The position numbers and the translations under genes were made by a program. From contig CAYXFH010000145.1 of the NCBI GenBank assembly GCA_964464245.1, forward strand, positions 1 through 54,891: a stretch of 54,891 bases of DNA, read 5' to 3'. This DNA comes from an uncultured bacterium (GTDB taxonomy: Bacteria; Caldisericota; JANLFM01). This document shows positions 1 to 9,631 of the stretch, piece by piece (position 1 is the stretch's first letter; each line of letters starts with the position of its first letter). Under the pieces are notes generated by a model. The model had not been told where the DNA came from and made no database searches. It saw nothing but the letters and a program-made list of their open reading frames with translations.

Positions 1-422
1 ATCTTGTCTTCCAATCCAAAACCGAACATTTCGGAGAGTTGCTGGATGATTGCCTTGGCCCCCTTATGATCGATGATGAATTTGGTCTTTTCCATGAAAA
101 GGTAGATGTTCTCTAAGATGCTAAGATCAGGCACCAGCTTAAAGAATTGCGGGACCATGCCGATTCCCAATTGAAGTGAATCGCGGGGCGATCTGATTTC
201 ATAAACCTTCCCATTGACCAGAATCTCTCCCGCATCTTTTTGATAGAGCCCATAGATGATGTTCATCAAGGTGGTCTTGCCTGCTCCGTTTTCTCCGAGC
301 AACGTATGAATCTCACCCTTGCGGAAAGAAAGCGAAACACAATCCAATGCTTGTACAGATCCGAAGCGCTTAGAGATTCCTTTTACTTCCAGAACGATCT
401 CGGGTGGTCTGATTTCTTCCAT
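1..422 (-). CDS. ABC transporter ATP-binding protein, N-terminal part (gene runs off the left edge)
   Basis: My own reverse translation from ATG at 422..420 gives MEEIRPPEIVLEVKGISKRFGSVQALDCVSLSFRKGEIHTLLGENGAGKTTLMNIIYGLYQKDAGEILVNG..., with Walker A GENGAGKTT. It is a clear paralogue of the N-terminus of the 17084..18613 ATPase. It is absent from the ORF track because no stop lies in the window. The + ORF 240..512 is its antisense shadow. Confidence 0.85.
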   Translation of the reverse strand, partial: MEEIRPPEIVLEVKGISKRFGSVQALDCVSLSFRKGEIHTLLGENGAGKTTLMNIIYGLYQKDAGEILVNGKVYEIRSPRDSLQLGIGMVPQFFKLVPDLSILENIYLFMEKTKFIIDHKGAKAIIQQLSEMFGFGLEDK

Positions 423-427
423 CCCTG

Positions 428-2731
428 CTACCTCTTCTCTGGGTGTAGAAAAAAGTATACTTCCTCGGCCTTGATTGGAAGCTTGTGTGGACGGAAACCA
501 ACTGCATCATAGATGGCATTGGCAATGGCCGCCGCCGTTGGGTTCAGCCCGATCTCGCCGACGCCCTTGGCGCCGTAGGGTCCCTCTGGATCAAGAGTCT
601 CGACCAGAAAAATATCTTCATCGGGGATATCCATTGCAGTAGGAAGCATCACTCGGTCCAAGCAATCAGTGACGACCTTGCCCGACATCGGATCAACTTT
701 CAGTTCCTCAGTCAGAGCATAGCCCATCCCTTGAGCCAAAGCTCCCTCGATTTGTCCTTCGACAGCAATCGGATTGAGGGCTTTACCCACATCTTGAGCT
801 ACAACCAAGCGCTTCACCCGGATCTCGCCGGTTTGCGTGTCCACGACAACCTCTGCTCCTTGGGCAGAGAAAGCATAGGCAGCAGAGACATTGGCATACC
901 CTTTGGGAGTCAGACGTACAGTTGGAGGGACATATTGGTACGCTGAAGTAAGAATGTGTCCAACAGTGCGAGGGGAATGGAAAACGGAATCTCCATAGGA
1001 AAGGGTCTTGCTTGGATCTTCGCGACAGAGAATCATGCCATCCTGCAGAAATAGAGTCTTCATGGGAACCTCTAATACGACTGCCGCCGATTCCAGCAGG
1101 AAAGTCTTCAATTGAGCGGCAGCCATTTTGGCGGCGTTCCCATCCTCGAAGGCGACGCGAGAGGCAAAGCTCCCAAGGGATTGTGGCGTCGTCTCAGTGT
1201 CCATGCTGATCAGGCGGATAGACTCCATGGGGAGCTGCAACTCCTCTGCAACAATCTGGGTGATGACCGTGTTGGCCCAAGTGCCGGTATCTCCGGACCC
1301 CTTGTACACAGAAACCCGGCCATCGATGAACATCTTCAGCTCGATCGCTGAAAACTCTCCGTCCGGGAAAACATTGCTGCCTGAGACGTGGATAGCTGTG
1401 GCCAAACCCTTTCCTTTCCTGTACCGGCCATCTTTCGGTTCTTTCCGGCGCTCCTTCCAGTTGATCGCCTGGCTCACCTTTTCCAGGCACTCCTCTAGTC
1501 CACAGGTAGTGATTGCCCAGCCGCAGGGCGTGAGATCCCCGGAACGGTTGGCATTCTTAATGCGCAGTTCCAGCGGGTCTATCCCCAAAGCCTCCGCAAT
1601 CTCGTCAAGTTGGGACTCGATAGCGAATATCACTTGAGGAGCTCCGAAACCCCGAAAAGGACCTCCAGCTTGCTTGTTGGTGTAGACGATATCGGCATTG
1701 AATCGGAAGTGAGGGATGCGGTAGCTGGAAGCCGCAGTTCCGGCGGCATAACCGGTAATAGCGGGACCGTAGTGGCAGTAAGCCCCCTTGTCAACAATTA
1801 CCTGCATCTCCCGCGCCATCAATGTCCCATCCAGCTTTACTCCGGTCTTGATGCGCATAAAGAAGGGATGGCGGATGCGGGTAGTGGTCATCTCCTCCTC
1901 GCGGGTGAAGGTAATGCGCACGGGGCGGCCGCAACGAATGGCCAGGAGAGCGGTGACACCTTCATCCTCACAGTACTTGGAACGGGAGCCGAAACCCCCG
2001 CCACAATGGACTTCCATCACTTGGACGGAAGAAATGGGCAAGTCACAAACATGCGCGACTTCCTTTCGCACGAAGTAAGGGCTCTGTGTGCCCGTCCATA
2101 TCTGGAGAACGCCGTCAGGATTCATCCAAGCTGCGCTAGATCGAGGCTCCATGTTGCAGTGGGACACAGCCTGAGTAGAGAACTGGTCCTCAAAAACTCG
2201 GTCAGATTGAGCGAATCCCTCATCCACGTTTCCGAAATCTCGCTTCATATTCAATACCAGGTTGTTGATCCGATCCTCGTGGATCAGGGGAGCTCCATCC
2301 AGCAATGCTTCGCAAGGATCGAAGACGGCAGGCAGAGGTTCATATTCAACTTCGATCAAGGCCAATGCTTCCTGCGCAATCTCCTCCGTCTCCGCCGCTA
2401 CAGCAACTACTGAGTCTCCTACGTAGCGAACCTTGTCGATTGCCAGGGGATACATGTCCGAGATCTGGGCAACGTATTTGATACCTGGTGTATCCGCTCC
2501 TGTCATAACAGTTACTACACCCGGCAATTCCAAAGCTCGAGAGGCATTGATGCTTCGAATACGCGCGTGAGCATGGGGGCTTCTTAGAATTTTCCCAAAG
2601 AGCATTCCGGGCAATCGCAAATCATCGGTGAAAGGAGCTTCTCCGGTGACTTTCGCCCACGCGTAGATCTCTGGAATTCGCTGCCCAACGTATTTCAGTG
2701 GTTCCATTCTAGCCTCCATCGAATTGATCAT
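428..2731 (-). CDS. Xanthine dehydrogenase/aldehyde oxidase family molybdopterin-binding large subunit (CoxL/XdhA-like)
   Basis: 767 aa. The N-terminus (YVGQRIPEIYAWAKVTGEAPFTDDLRLPGMLFGKILRSPHAHARIRSI) is typical of Mo-hydroxylase large subunits. The start overlaps the stop of the upstream gene (TAATG). Confidence 0.9.
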   Translation of the reverse strand: MINSMEARMEPLKYVGQRIPEIYAWAKVTGEAPFTDDLRLPGMLFGKILRSPHAHARIRSINASRALELPGVVTVMTGADTPGIKYVAQISDMYPLAIDKVRYVGDSVVAVAAETEEIAQEALALIEVEYEPLPAVFDPCEALLDGAPLIHEDRINNLVLNMKRDFGNVDEGFAQSDRVFEDQFSTQAVSHCNMEPRSSAAWMNPDGVLQIWTGTQSPYFVRKEVAHVCDLPISSVQVMEVHCGGGFGSRSKYCEDEGVTALLAIRCGRPVRITFTREEEMTTTRIRHPFFMRIKTGVKLDGTLMAREMQVIVDKGAYCHYGPAITGYAAGTAASSYRIPHFRFNADIVYTNKQAGGPFRGFGAPQVIFAIESQLDEIAEALGIDPLELRIKNANRSGDLTPCGWAITTCGLEECLEKVSQAINWKERRKEPKDGRYRKGKGLATAIHVSGSNVFPDGEFSAIELKMFIDGRVSVYKGSGDTGTWANTVITQIVAEELQLPMESIRLISMDTETTPQSLGSFASRVAFEDGNAAKMAAAQLKTFLLESAAVVLEVPMKTLFLQDGMILCREDPSKTLSYGDSVFHSPRTVGHILTSAYQYVPPTVRLTPKGYANVSAAYAFSAQGAEVVVDTQTGEIRVKRLVVAQDVGKALNPIAVEGQIEGALAQGMGYALTEELKVDPMSGKVVTDCLDRVMLPTAMDIPDEDIFLVETLDPEGPYGAKGVGEIGLNPTAAAIANAIYDAVGFRPHKLPIKAEEVYFFLHPEKR

Positions 2732-3444
2732 TATTCCATGCTGCCGCAGGCTGTTCTGTTAACTTGCTCGCCATAAGGGTCGCGGTGAGCTCGCTCGATC
2801 AGCTCATCGGAACGCATCCTGCTCGAATCGTAGCGTTCCTGGTGAGTGAACGAATCGGCCGGTCGGCGAGGCCTAGGCTCTCTGTCCTCATTGGGGTAAC
2901 CCAAGGGCAAGATGCAGACGATGCGTAGCGGATCCGGAATCTCCAGAAGAGATTTTACTTCCTCCGGGAAGAAGTTGGTGAAAACGGCAGTGCCCAGTCC
3001 CAGTGCAGTAACAGCCAGCAGCATATTCTGGATGGCCATGCTTACGCTGCCCCAGAAGGCAAATTGCTCAATGTTCTCCTCGACCTGGTGCATCATGCTG
3101 ACGTACCGGAAACGAGGATCCCCGATCACCACCAAGTGGACAGGGGCTTCCATCAAATATCCACCGGTAAACGTACGGAGGAAGGGGAAATCTCTTAGTT
3201 CCTTGATTCGCTTGATACAACGCTGCACACTTAATTGAATTTTTTCCTTGGTGTCCAGATCGCGCACCACCAGGAATTCCCAGGGTTGAGAATTGGCACT
3301 GGATGGCGCCCATCGACCAGCTTCGATGATCTTGGCGATACTCTCATCCGATACTGGGTCTGGCCTGAATGACCGGATTGAGCGCCGTTTCTGCATCAGC
3401 GTGAGTAAAGATTCGATTCCTATGCACGAATTTCCCTGGCTCAC
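2731..3444 (-). CDS. Nitroreductase family (FMN-dependent) protein
   Basis: 237 aa. It contains RRSIRSFRPDPVSDESIAKIIEAGRWAPSSANSQPWEFLVVRD, the classic nitroreductase N-terminal signature. The GTG start overlaps the aminotransferase stop (GTGA). Confidence 0.85.
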   Translation of the reverse strand: MSQGNSCIGIESLLTLMQKRRSIRSFRPDPVSDESIAKIIEAGRWAPSSANSQPWEFLVVRDLDTKEKIQLSVQRCIKRIKELRDFPFLRTFTGGYLMEAPVHLVVIGDPRFRYVSMMHQVEENIEQFAFWGSVSMAIQNMLLAVTALGLGTAVFTNFFPEEVKSLLEIPDPLRIVCILPLGYPNEDREPRPRRPADSFTHQERYDSSRMRSDELIERAHRDPYGEQVNRTACGSME

Positions 3445-4757
3445 GCGGCGCCTTCAGCTATCGCAAGAGCCTTTTCGAAGACTTCCAGCGTCCGCTCCGC
3501 TTCCTTTCGCGTAAAGCATAAGGGCGGCTGGAACCGGATGCGGTTGTAGTAGAGACCACCCCGGCCGATCAGCATCTTCTCTTTCAACGCTTCGTCGAGG
3601 ATTCGGGTCATAACCATATTGCTAGCAGGTGTCTTCTTTTCCTTGTCGGTGGTGATTTCAGCTCCAATGAAAAGACCTTTCCCTTCTACATCATCGAGGA
3701 AGGGATGATGTTTGCTCAACTCTACCAGACCAGCCTTGAGAAATTCTCCTACTTGTGCGGAGTTCTTCACCAGTCCTTCTTCTTCGGTGACCTCAATCGC
3801 TGCCAGAGCTGCCCGGCAACTGACCGGGTTCCCACCGAAAGTGGCGAAATCAGGCCCAGGGAAAGTATCGGCAATCTCGGTCTTGGCTACTACAGCGCCG
3901 ATTGGAAGTCCACCACCCAATCCTTTTGCTAACGTGACTACATCTGGCTCCACCCCATAATGCTCGATGCCGAACATCATTCCAGTGCGACCGAAACCAG
4001 TTTGCACTTCATCCACAATTAATAGGATCTGGTTCTCTTCGAGGATTGGCTTGAGCATCTTGAAATAGTCCGGCGGGGCTTCCACAATGCCACCGATGCC
4101 TTGGATAGGTTCCACAACAACAGCCGCCGTCCGGCTGCTGGTCTGAGTCTTCAAGGCGATTTTAAGATAGTTGGCACAGGCATAGCCGCACTCACTGTAA
4201 TGGTGATGACCCAAGGGACAACGGTAACAGTGGTACATTGGCAAATGCAGTGTTCCAGACATGAATGGCCCCAGGCCAGAGCGCCAAGCTCCCAGGCCGG
4301 TGATGCTCATGGTAAAGCCACCCCGCCCATAGAAGCCGTTTTGCAAGCCGAATATTTCAAACTTCTTGGTAGCGATACGGGCTAGGCTGATGGCATGTTC
4401 GTTCGCTTCGGTTCCCGAGTTGCAGAAGAAACTCTTCGCACGACCCTCGCCCATCGGGACGATCTCGGCCAGCTTCTTTGCCAGCAAGGGCATTGGAACA
4501 GTGCGATAAAGGGTAGAGAGATGGGTCAGTTGCCCTACTTGATCTTGTACTGCTGCCACCATTCTAGGATGCGCATGGCCGATGTTAATCACGGAAACCC
4601 CACTAAAGCAATCGAGGTATTCCTGCCCTTCGATATCCCAGAGCGTGGAACCCTTCCCCATCACGAATACTTTATCGTTCCAAGCCTCTACGCTCTTCAT
4701 CACATATTGATCCTGCATTTGGATGACTTCTGCTGCAGTCAGCCTTTCCTCAATCAT
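3441..4757 (-). CDS. Class-III (omega) aminotransferase, PLP-dependent
   Basis: The ORF track gives 3441..4865. I prefer ATG at 4757 (MIEERL...) because it is preceded by GGAGGAAGTG and avoids overlap with the upstream gene ending at 4795. Motifs seen are GHAHPRMVAAV, FFCNSGTEANE, LLIVDEVQTGFGRTG and the TLAKGLGGG lysine region. Confidence 0.88.
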   Translation of the reverse strand: MIEERLTAAEVIQMQDQYVMKSVEAWNDKVFVMGKGSTLWDIEGQEYLDCFSGVSVINIGHAHPRMVAAVQDQVGQLTHLSTLYRTVPMPLLAKKLAEIVPMGEGRAKSFFCNSGTEANEHAISLARIATKKFEIFGLQNGFYGRGGFTMSITGLGAWRSGLGPFMSGTLHLPMYHCYRCPLGHHHYSECGYACANYLKIALKTQTSSRTAAVVVEPIQGIGGIVEAPPDYFKMLKPILEENQILLIVDEVQTGFGRTGMMFGIEHYGVEPDVVTLAKGLGGGLPIGAVVAKTEIADTFPGPDFATFGGNPVSCRAALAAIEVTEEEGLVKNSAQVGEFLKAGLVELSKHHPFLDDVEGKGLFIGAEITTDKEKKTPASNMVMTRILDEALKEKMLIGRGGLYYNRIRFQPPLCFTRKEAERTLEVFEKALAIAEGAA

Positions 4758-4794
4758 CACTTCCTCCGTATTCTCTGCCTGAGTCACTGTTTTT

Positions 4795-6132
4795 TTACCT
4801 TGTCTTCCTGGCTTGAATGACCTTATGAGCAGCCCGTGTGGCTTCCTCAATGACCTGGTTTTCATCGACAGTCAGCAATTTCCGGCCTTCCATCAGGATC
4901 TTGCCATCTACGATCGTGGTATCCACGTTTTCACCGTGAGCCACATAGACTAGATGAGGAAGCACGTTTGAGTTGCTTCCATGGAAGACAGGCGTCAAAG
5001 CGGGGGTCCAGGTATCAACCAAGATCACGTCCGCTTTTTTTCCTACTTCCAGGGATCCAATTTGCTTATCGAGCCCCAGCGCCCGTGCGCCGTTGATCGT
5101 TGCCATTTCCAGGATTTGCCAAGAGGGGAGAAGGCTTGCATCGGTGTGAATGGCTTTCTGGAAAAGGGAGGCGTATTTCATGACTTCGAACATATCGTTG
5201 TTATTGTTGCAAGGAGCGTCGTCTGTGCCCAGGCCAACGTTGATACCGGCCTTCAAGAAGTCAATGGTCCGAGCAATCCCGTTCCCCAATTTGGCGTTGG
5301 AAACAGGGTTGTGGGAGATATGGGCGCCCGTCTTAGCTATCAGCTCTATTTCCGGATCGGATAGCCAAACACAATGGGCGGCCACCACATCCGGCCCAAG
5401 AAGACCTAAATCATATACGAACTCCACGGGAGGCTTTCCGTATTTCTCTTTACACAACTGTACCTCGCCCTTGGATTCGTTAAGGTGGACATGAACGCCG
5501 ACTCCATATTTGTCAGCCAGGGAACGGCACTTCTTGATATATTCCGCAGAACAAACAGGAATCCATTCAATGCCGAAAACAACCAGAATCCGTCCCCCAG
5601 CCGTGTTATTCCGTTCCAAGAAAGCCTTCTCGTTGTCTTCCAAGGTCTCTTGGCCCGGGATCAAATCGGCGCCTTCGCTGGAAAGCACGGCGCGGATACC
5701 GGTCTTCTCCGCCGCATCGGCCAAGGAAGGGAGCTTGATGTACATATCATTGACTGTTGTCGTTCCGCCCTTAATGACTTCTGAGTAGGCCAACATGGCG
5801 GTTTTGTAGGCATCATCAGGAGTCATCGCAGCCAGCATGGGGTAATAAATCGTATCGATCCATTCTTCCAAGCCCAGATGCTCGCCAACTCCACGTGAAA
5901 AATTATCCGCATGAAAGTGAAGATTGACGAGTCCCGGCATTATTATTTTATGAGTCGCATCGATTTCCTTCTTGCCGCTGTATTGGCTTCGAAGGACTTT
6001 CGAATCTCCCACGTCGGTGATTCTGCCTTGGTCAATCGCTACGGCTCCATCTTCAATAATGAGCCGTTCTGGATTCATCGTTACAACAATCCCGCTATGG
6101 ATCAAGAGCTCAATCGTTCTTGATTCCGGCAT
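4795..6132 (-). CDS. Metal-dependent amidohydrolase (cytosine/guanine deaminase, SsnA/TRZ-ATZ-like subgroup)
   Basis: It has an HxH metal motif (PGLVNLHFHADNF), later HVHLNES, and the C-terminal LGTDDAPCNNNNDMF and GSLEVGKKADVILVD typical of the family. I chose the start at 6132 (MPESR) because it is preceded by GGAGGG. Confidence 0.85.
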   Translation of the reverse strand: MPESRTIELLIHSGIVVTMNPERLIIEDGAVAIDQGRITDVGDSKVLRSQYSGKKEIDATHKIIMPGLVNLHFHADNFSRGVGEHLGLEEWIDTIYYPMLAAMTPDDAYKTAMLAYSEVIKGGTTTVNDMYIKLPSLADAAEKTGIRAVLSSEGADLIPGQETLEDNEKAFLERNNTAGGRILVVFGIEWIPVCSAEYIKKCRSLADKYGVGVHVHLNESKGEVQLCKEKYGKPPVEFVYDLGLLGPDVVAAHCVWLSDPEIELIAKTGAHISHNPVSNAKLGNGIARTIDFLKAGINVGLGTDDAPCNNNNDMFEVMKYASLFQKAIHTDASLLPSWQILEMATINGARALGLDKQIGSLEVGKKADVILVDTWTPALTPVFHGSNSNVLPHLVYVAHGENVDTTIVDGKILMEGRKLLTVDENQVIEEATRAAHKVIQARKTR

Positions 6133-6211
6133 TGCTACCCTCCTGTTCTGCCACATAAAGTATTACCAGTTCTTAGCGCCAAACTCTATGCAAGCTAACA
6201 TGCTGGTACCG

Positions 6212-6709
6212 TTACTGATCTTTGAGCTCTCTATCGTTGGATTGGTTGGAAGATCGCTCGCTTGCAGAAACGACTGCTTCCTCGATTTTTCGATAGCCGG
6301 TACAACGACAAATGTTTCCAGATAACCCTCTACGAATCTCATCCCGATTGGGTTTGGGGTTTTTGTCCAACAACGCCTTGGCTGATAGGATCATCCCGGG
6401 CGTACAGAACCCACATTGAAAGGCGCCCTTTTCGATAAAAGCTTCTTGCAGTGGATGAGGGTTGTCTTTGGTTCCCAACCCCTTTGCCGTGATGATCTTG
6501 GCGCCTTCTGCCTGCAACGCCAGGGTGAGACAGGAATCAATGGATATGCCGTTCATGATGACGGTACAGGCGCCACAGTCTCCTTTGCCGCACCCTTTCT
6601 TCACTTCCGTGCAGTTCAGTTCTTCGCGCAGGAAATCTAGAAGCGTTTGTCCCGGATTTGCCCATCCTGTCCGCCACGCTCCGTTGATCTGAAGGCGGAT
6701 ATGTTTCAC
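6212..6709 (-). CDS. (2Fe-2S)-binding small subunit of the molybdenum hydroxylase (CoxS/XdhC-type)
   Basis: 165 aa. Cys clusters are CGKGDCGACTV and CGFCTPG...CRCTGY. There is an ATGA overlap with the FAD subunit gene. Confidence 0.92.
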   Translation of the reverse strand: MKHIRLQINGAWRTGWANPGQTLLDFLREELNCTEVKKGCGKGDCGACTVIMNGISIDSCLTLALQAEGAKIITAKGLGTKDNPHPLQEAFIEKGAFQCGFCTPGMILSAKALLDKNPKPNRDEIRRGLSGNICRCTGYRKIEEAVVSASERSSNQSNDRELKDQ

Positions 6710-7584
6710 GCCAGGCTCCCTTCCAAGCGACTGATCGCTAGCTTTATAGTCTCTCTTGCAAGCGCTTCTGCCATTTCCTTGCGGTAAAGTCCGGATCCAC
6801 GCAACACTGAATCTCTTGGCTGAACTTCCTTCTGAACGACCGCTGCGCAGGTAGATATCGTTTCGTCATTCAGTAGTTTTCCGATTAAATAAGTTTCCGC
6901 CTGACGCGCTCGAAATGGCATCGTCGCAACGGGACCAACAGCGATTCGAGCATCAGCGCAATACCCTGCGGATGAAGCAATCCACACTGCGCAATTCAGT
7001 TGGGGGAGCGCTAACGCTTTCCGTATCGCCATTCTGCGAAATGCCGATGCCTCCCCCTGGTGTTGTGCCTCGAACTCGATGCACGTGATCATTTCACGGG
7101 ATGCGTCTATTGCCGATCTTCCGACACCGACATACGAATTACTCAGCATAAGGTCACGCTCCCCCTGGAAGCCAAGGATCTTAAGTCTGGCATCCAGTGC
7201 AACCAAAGCGATTGCTCCGTCCGCTGCCGGCTGGGCTGAGACGATATTGCCTGCCAACGTAGCGCGGTTTCGAATCTGAGGCCCGCCAACCCAGGAACAG
7301 GCTTCCCATAGAGCTGTTGCATGATGCTTTAACAATCGCGATTCCTCGACCTGAGTCATCGTTACCAGCGGACCCAACTGAATGCGTTCTCCATCTGAAT
7401 GAATCCGATCCAATCCCGGAATTCGACTTACATCAACCAGCGCCTCAAAACTGTTGGCATGATCACGAATCTCCAAGATTAAATCGGTTCCGCCTGCAAT
7501 CAGACGAGCCTTTCCATCTTCGATCAGAAGCATATCGATAGCCTCTGATGAGCTGGTTGGAAAGAGATGATCTCGAATTCTCAC
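6706..7584 (-). CDS. FAD-binding medium subunit of the molybdenum hydroxylase (CoxM-like)
   Basis: 292 aa with a GTG start. It shows ARLIAGGTDLILEIRD and NRATLAGNI motifs of the FAD_binding_5 / CO dehydrogenase flavoprotein family. Confidence 0.88.
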   Translation of the reverse strand: MRIRDHLFPTSSSEAIDMLLIEDGKARLIAGGTDLILEIRDHANSFEALVDVSRIPGLDRIHSDGERIQLGPLVTMTQVEESRLLKHHATALWEACSWVGGPQIRNRATLAGNIVSAQPAADGAIALVALDARLKILGFQGERDLMLSNSYVGVGRSAIDASREMITCIEFEAQHQGEASAFRRMAIRKALALPQLNCAVWIASSAGYCADARIAVGPVATMPFRARQAETYLIGKLLNDETISTCAAVVQKEVQPRDSVLRGSGLYRKEMAEALARETIKLAISRLEGSLA

Positions 7585-7590
7585 GGCGTG

Positions 7591-8361
7591 TTATTCCTCG
7601 AGAAAGGCAACCGCTCGCACAAAGCCAGCGCTCCCATGGTAAAACTTGATAGGAAATCCGTAAAACTTAAAACCAAATGGTGGCAATTGGTCTAAGTTAG
7701 CGAGTTTCTCGTAGTGAGCATATTCCTTACGAGTTCCTACCAAATGGCATGGCCAAAGATATTTCGGATCGCGACCATGGTCTTTATATTGCTTGGACCA
7801 GTGGTTGTATCCTATGTCAAAGCTCCACGAATCAGTTCCTACCGTCTTGATTCCTTGGTCAAGAACCCACTCCAAGGCTTCTGCGGAAAGATGGCCGCCA
7901 TGATCGGCGTAATGTGGTTGGCCCCAAAGCTTATCGTTGCCGGTCATGGCGAGGAAGATATCCAGCGGCTTCAGCGTGTAGCCGATCTTGCTCAAACGAT
8001 CCTTCAGCTCACCTGCAGAGAGCTGGCAACCATCCGCTACATCCCGAATATCGACCACTACGCCATCCCCAAAGCACCATTCCAACGGCCACTCTTCGAT
8101 GGTCTTCGGTTTCATCCCAGCGCAGAGAGGACCCATGTGCCAAGGAGAATCGAGATGTGTTCCCGCATGGGTTGTCATCTCAAGGAAATCATCCGCCCAT
8201 GCCTTGCCGGGGAACGGCCAATCTTGAGGATCGATGCCGTAGTATTTTTGGTCTTCTTTAGCGCCATTCTCATGCGGCAGATTGGTGATTTTTACATTCA
8301 TCAAGGGGCTGGGGTCGGTAGATGTTACCATCGAGAGATCGATTATTCTCGTCAAAATCAT
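7591..8361 (-). CDS. Putative cyclase family protein (kynurenine formamidase/isatin hydrolase-like)
   Basis: 256 aa with HAGTHLDSPWH (the HxGTHxDxPxH metal motif of the cyclase family). The exact start is uncertain. The SD GGAG sits only 1 nt from the ATG, and a TTG two codons downstream has better spacing. Confidence 0.8.
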   Translation of the reverse strand: MILTRIIDLSMVTSTDPSPLMNVKITNLPHENGAKEDQKYYGIDPQDWPFPGKAWADDFLEMTTHAGTHLDSPWHMGPLCAGMKPKTIEEWPLEWCFGDGVVVDIRDVADGCQLSAGELKDRLSKIGYTLKPLDIFLAMTGNDKLWGQPHYADHGGHLSAEALEWVLDQGIKTVGTDSWSFDIGYNHWSKQYKDHGRDPKYLWPCHLVGTRKEYAHYEKLANLDQLPPFGFKFYGFPIKFYHGSAGFVRAVAFLEE

Positions 8362-8378
8362 GCTCCTTTCAAAATAAG

Positions 8379-9629
8379 TTACTGATTAGTTAAAACAGTG
8401 TACGCATTCGTGAAGCAATCTAAGGGAGGTCGAAAAAGTCCAGCCCCGATTTGCCCAATTCCTGGAAGGCGATGTGCGATCCCCGTGTTGATCACTGGGG
8501 TAATTTGGAGTTCGACGACTTTACGCACATCGATTCCCAATGGAGTGCCACGGTAGTCCAAGAAAGGGATTCTAAAACGAGGGTGTTCGGCAGCAGTGAT
8601 CCTGTACATCTCTTCTGTTGCAGTGAGAGCATCTTGAACTGTTCCTCCAACGAAACTGGTAATCGCTGGAGCAGCAGCCATAGCGACCCCCCCTAGCCCA
8701 GTTGCTTCCGATAGATACGAGTCTCCCATTACCGGATTGGCATCCTGCTCTCCATAACCTTGGAAATATCTCCCTTCGGCCAGCGGAGCTGGTGTCGTGA
8801 ACCAGTGAGAACCCAATCCGGCAACCTGGATTGCGAATTGAAAGCCATTCGCCGCCATACATGAAACAATTGTACTTCCCCGAATGTCTCTCACGTTGTC
8901 CATCGTCGCCTTGCTTGCGGCCATCGAGAGATTTAGGAAAAATTGGTCGTTACGATCAATAAAAAAAAGAGCCTCGGCGATCTCTTCTTTGGAGAAAGAT
9001 GATCTCACTAACCAAGGCGCAATCCGGCGAAACAGCAATGAAGTCGCTGATTTATTGCGATTGTGGCACTCATCTCCTCGTTGCAGCGCTCTTTCAATAA
9101 TAGCGGAGATATCTACCTCTCCTCCTAACGCAATTGCTTCTTCCAGCAAAGGGGCAAAATAGCGTTCAATCCAACGCAGTCTCTCGATAACATGGCTTCC
9201 ATTGGCGCCAAAACGCAAGGTTTGTCCAAGGCCTTCATTGATGGTAATAAAAACTCTATTAGAAAAAGGCCTGTTCTCGACAATGAAAACGGGCATGGCG
9301 GGACTTACGATACCAGCCATCGGACCCAACATGCCGTATGCATGTGCCGACGCGAACTCCACTTCCCCTCTTTCTGCCATCGCCTGGGCTTCCTCCAGAG
9401 TCTCTGCCCATCGCTGATAGACAATGGCGCCGATTGCGGCATTGCGCATTGCTCCGCACATTTCGTTCCAAGGCAGAGGAGAACCTGCATGAAGCAAACG
9501 CCGCCCCTCGCGTAGCCAATGAACTTCTCGACCAGCCGTACTCATTCCGACCCAGAATACATGGGCAGAGCCAATCCGCCGCAATACCTCCTCATTCGCT
9601 TTTTCGAAAGGGGAAGAGTGCGCTGTCAT
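8379..9629 (-). CDS. DUF1116 family protein (YlbE/AllG-like)
   Basis: 416 aa. LLHAGSPLPWNEMCGAMRNAAIGAIVY, GPMAGIVSPAMPVFIVEN, NEGLGQTLRFGANGSHVIERLRWI and GDECHNRN match my recollection of E. coli YlbE-type DUF1116 proteins. Confidence 0.65.
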   Translation of the reverse strand: MTAHSSPFEKANEEVLRRIGSAHVFWVGMSTAGREVHWLREGRRLLHAGSPLPWNEMCGAMRNAAIGAIVYQRWAETLEEAQAMAERGEVEFASAHAYGMLGPMAGIVSPAMPVFIVENRPFSNRVFITINEGLGQTLRFGANGSHVIERLRWIERYFAPLLEEAIALGGEVDISAIIERALQRGDECHNRNKSATSLLFRRIAPWLVRSSFSKEEIAEALFFIDRNDQFFLNLSMAASKATMDNVRDIRGSTIVSCMAANGFQFAIQVAGLGSHWFTTPAPLAEGRYFQGYGEQDANPVMGDSYLSEATGLGGVAMAAAPAITSFVGGTVQDALTATEEMYRITAAEHPRFRIPFLDYRGTPLGIDVRKVVELQITPVINTGIAHRLPGIGQIGAGLFRPPLDCFTNAYTVLTNQ

Positions 9630-9631
9630 AC

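Noticed and set aside
4758-4865. N-terminal extensions given by the ORF track for several genes. They are the aminotransferase (to 4865), amidohydrolase (to 6156), RidA (to 10060), DinB (to 14521), mfd (to 28113), asparaginase B (to 32613), rnj (to 41807), rbfA (to 48268) and DUF503 (to 48641).
   Set aside because: The extensions overlap the preceding gene substantially and lack SD sequences. Downstream in-frame starts have good SD spacing and give canonical N-termini.
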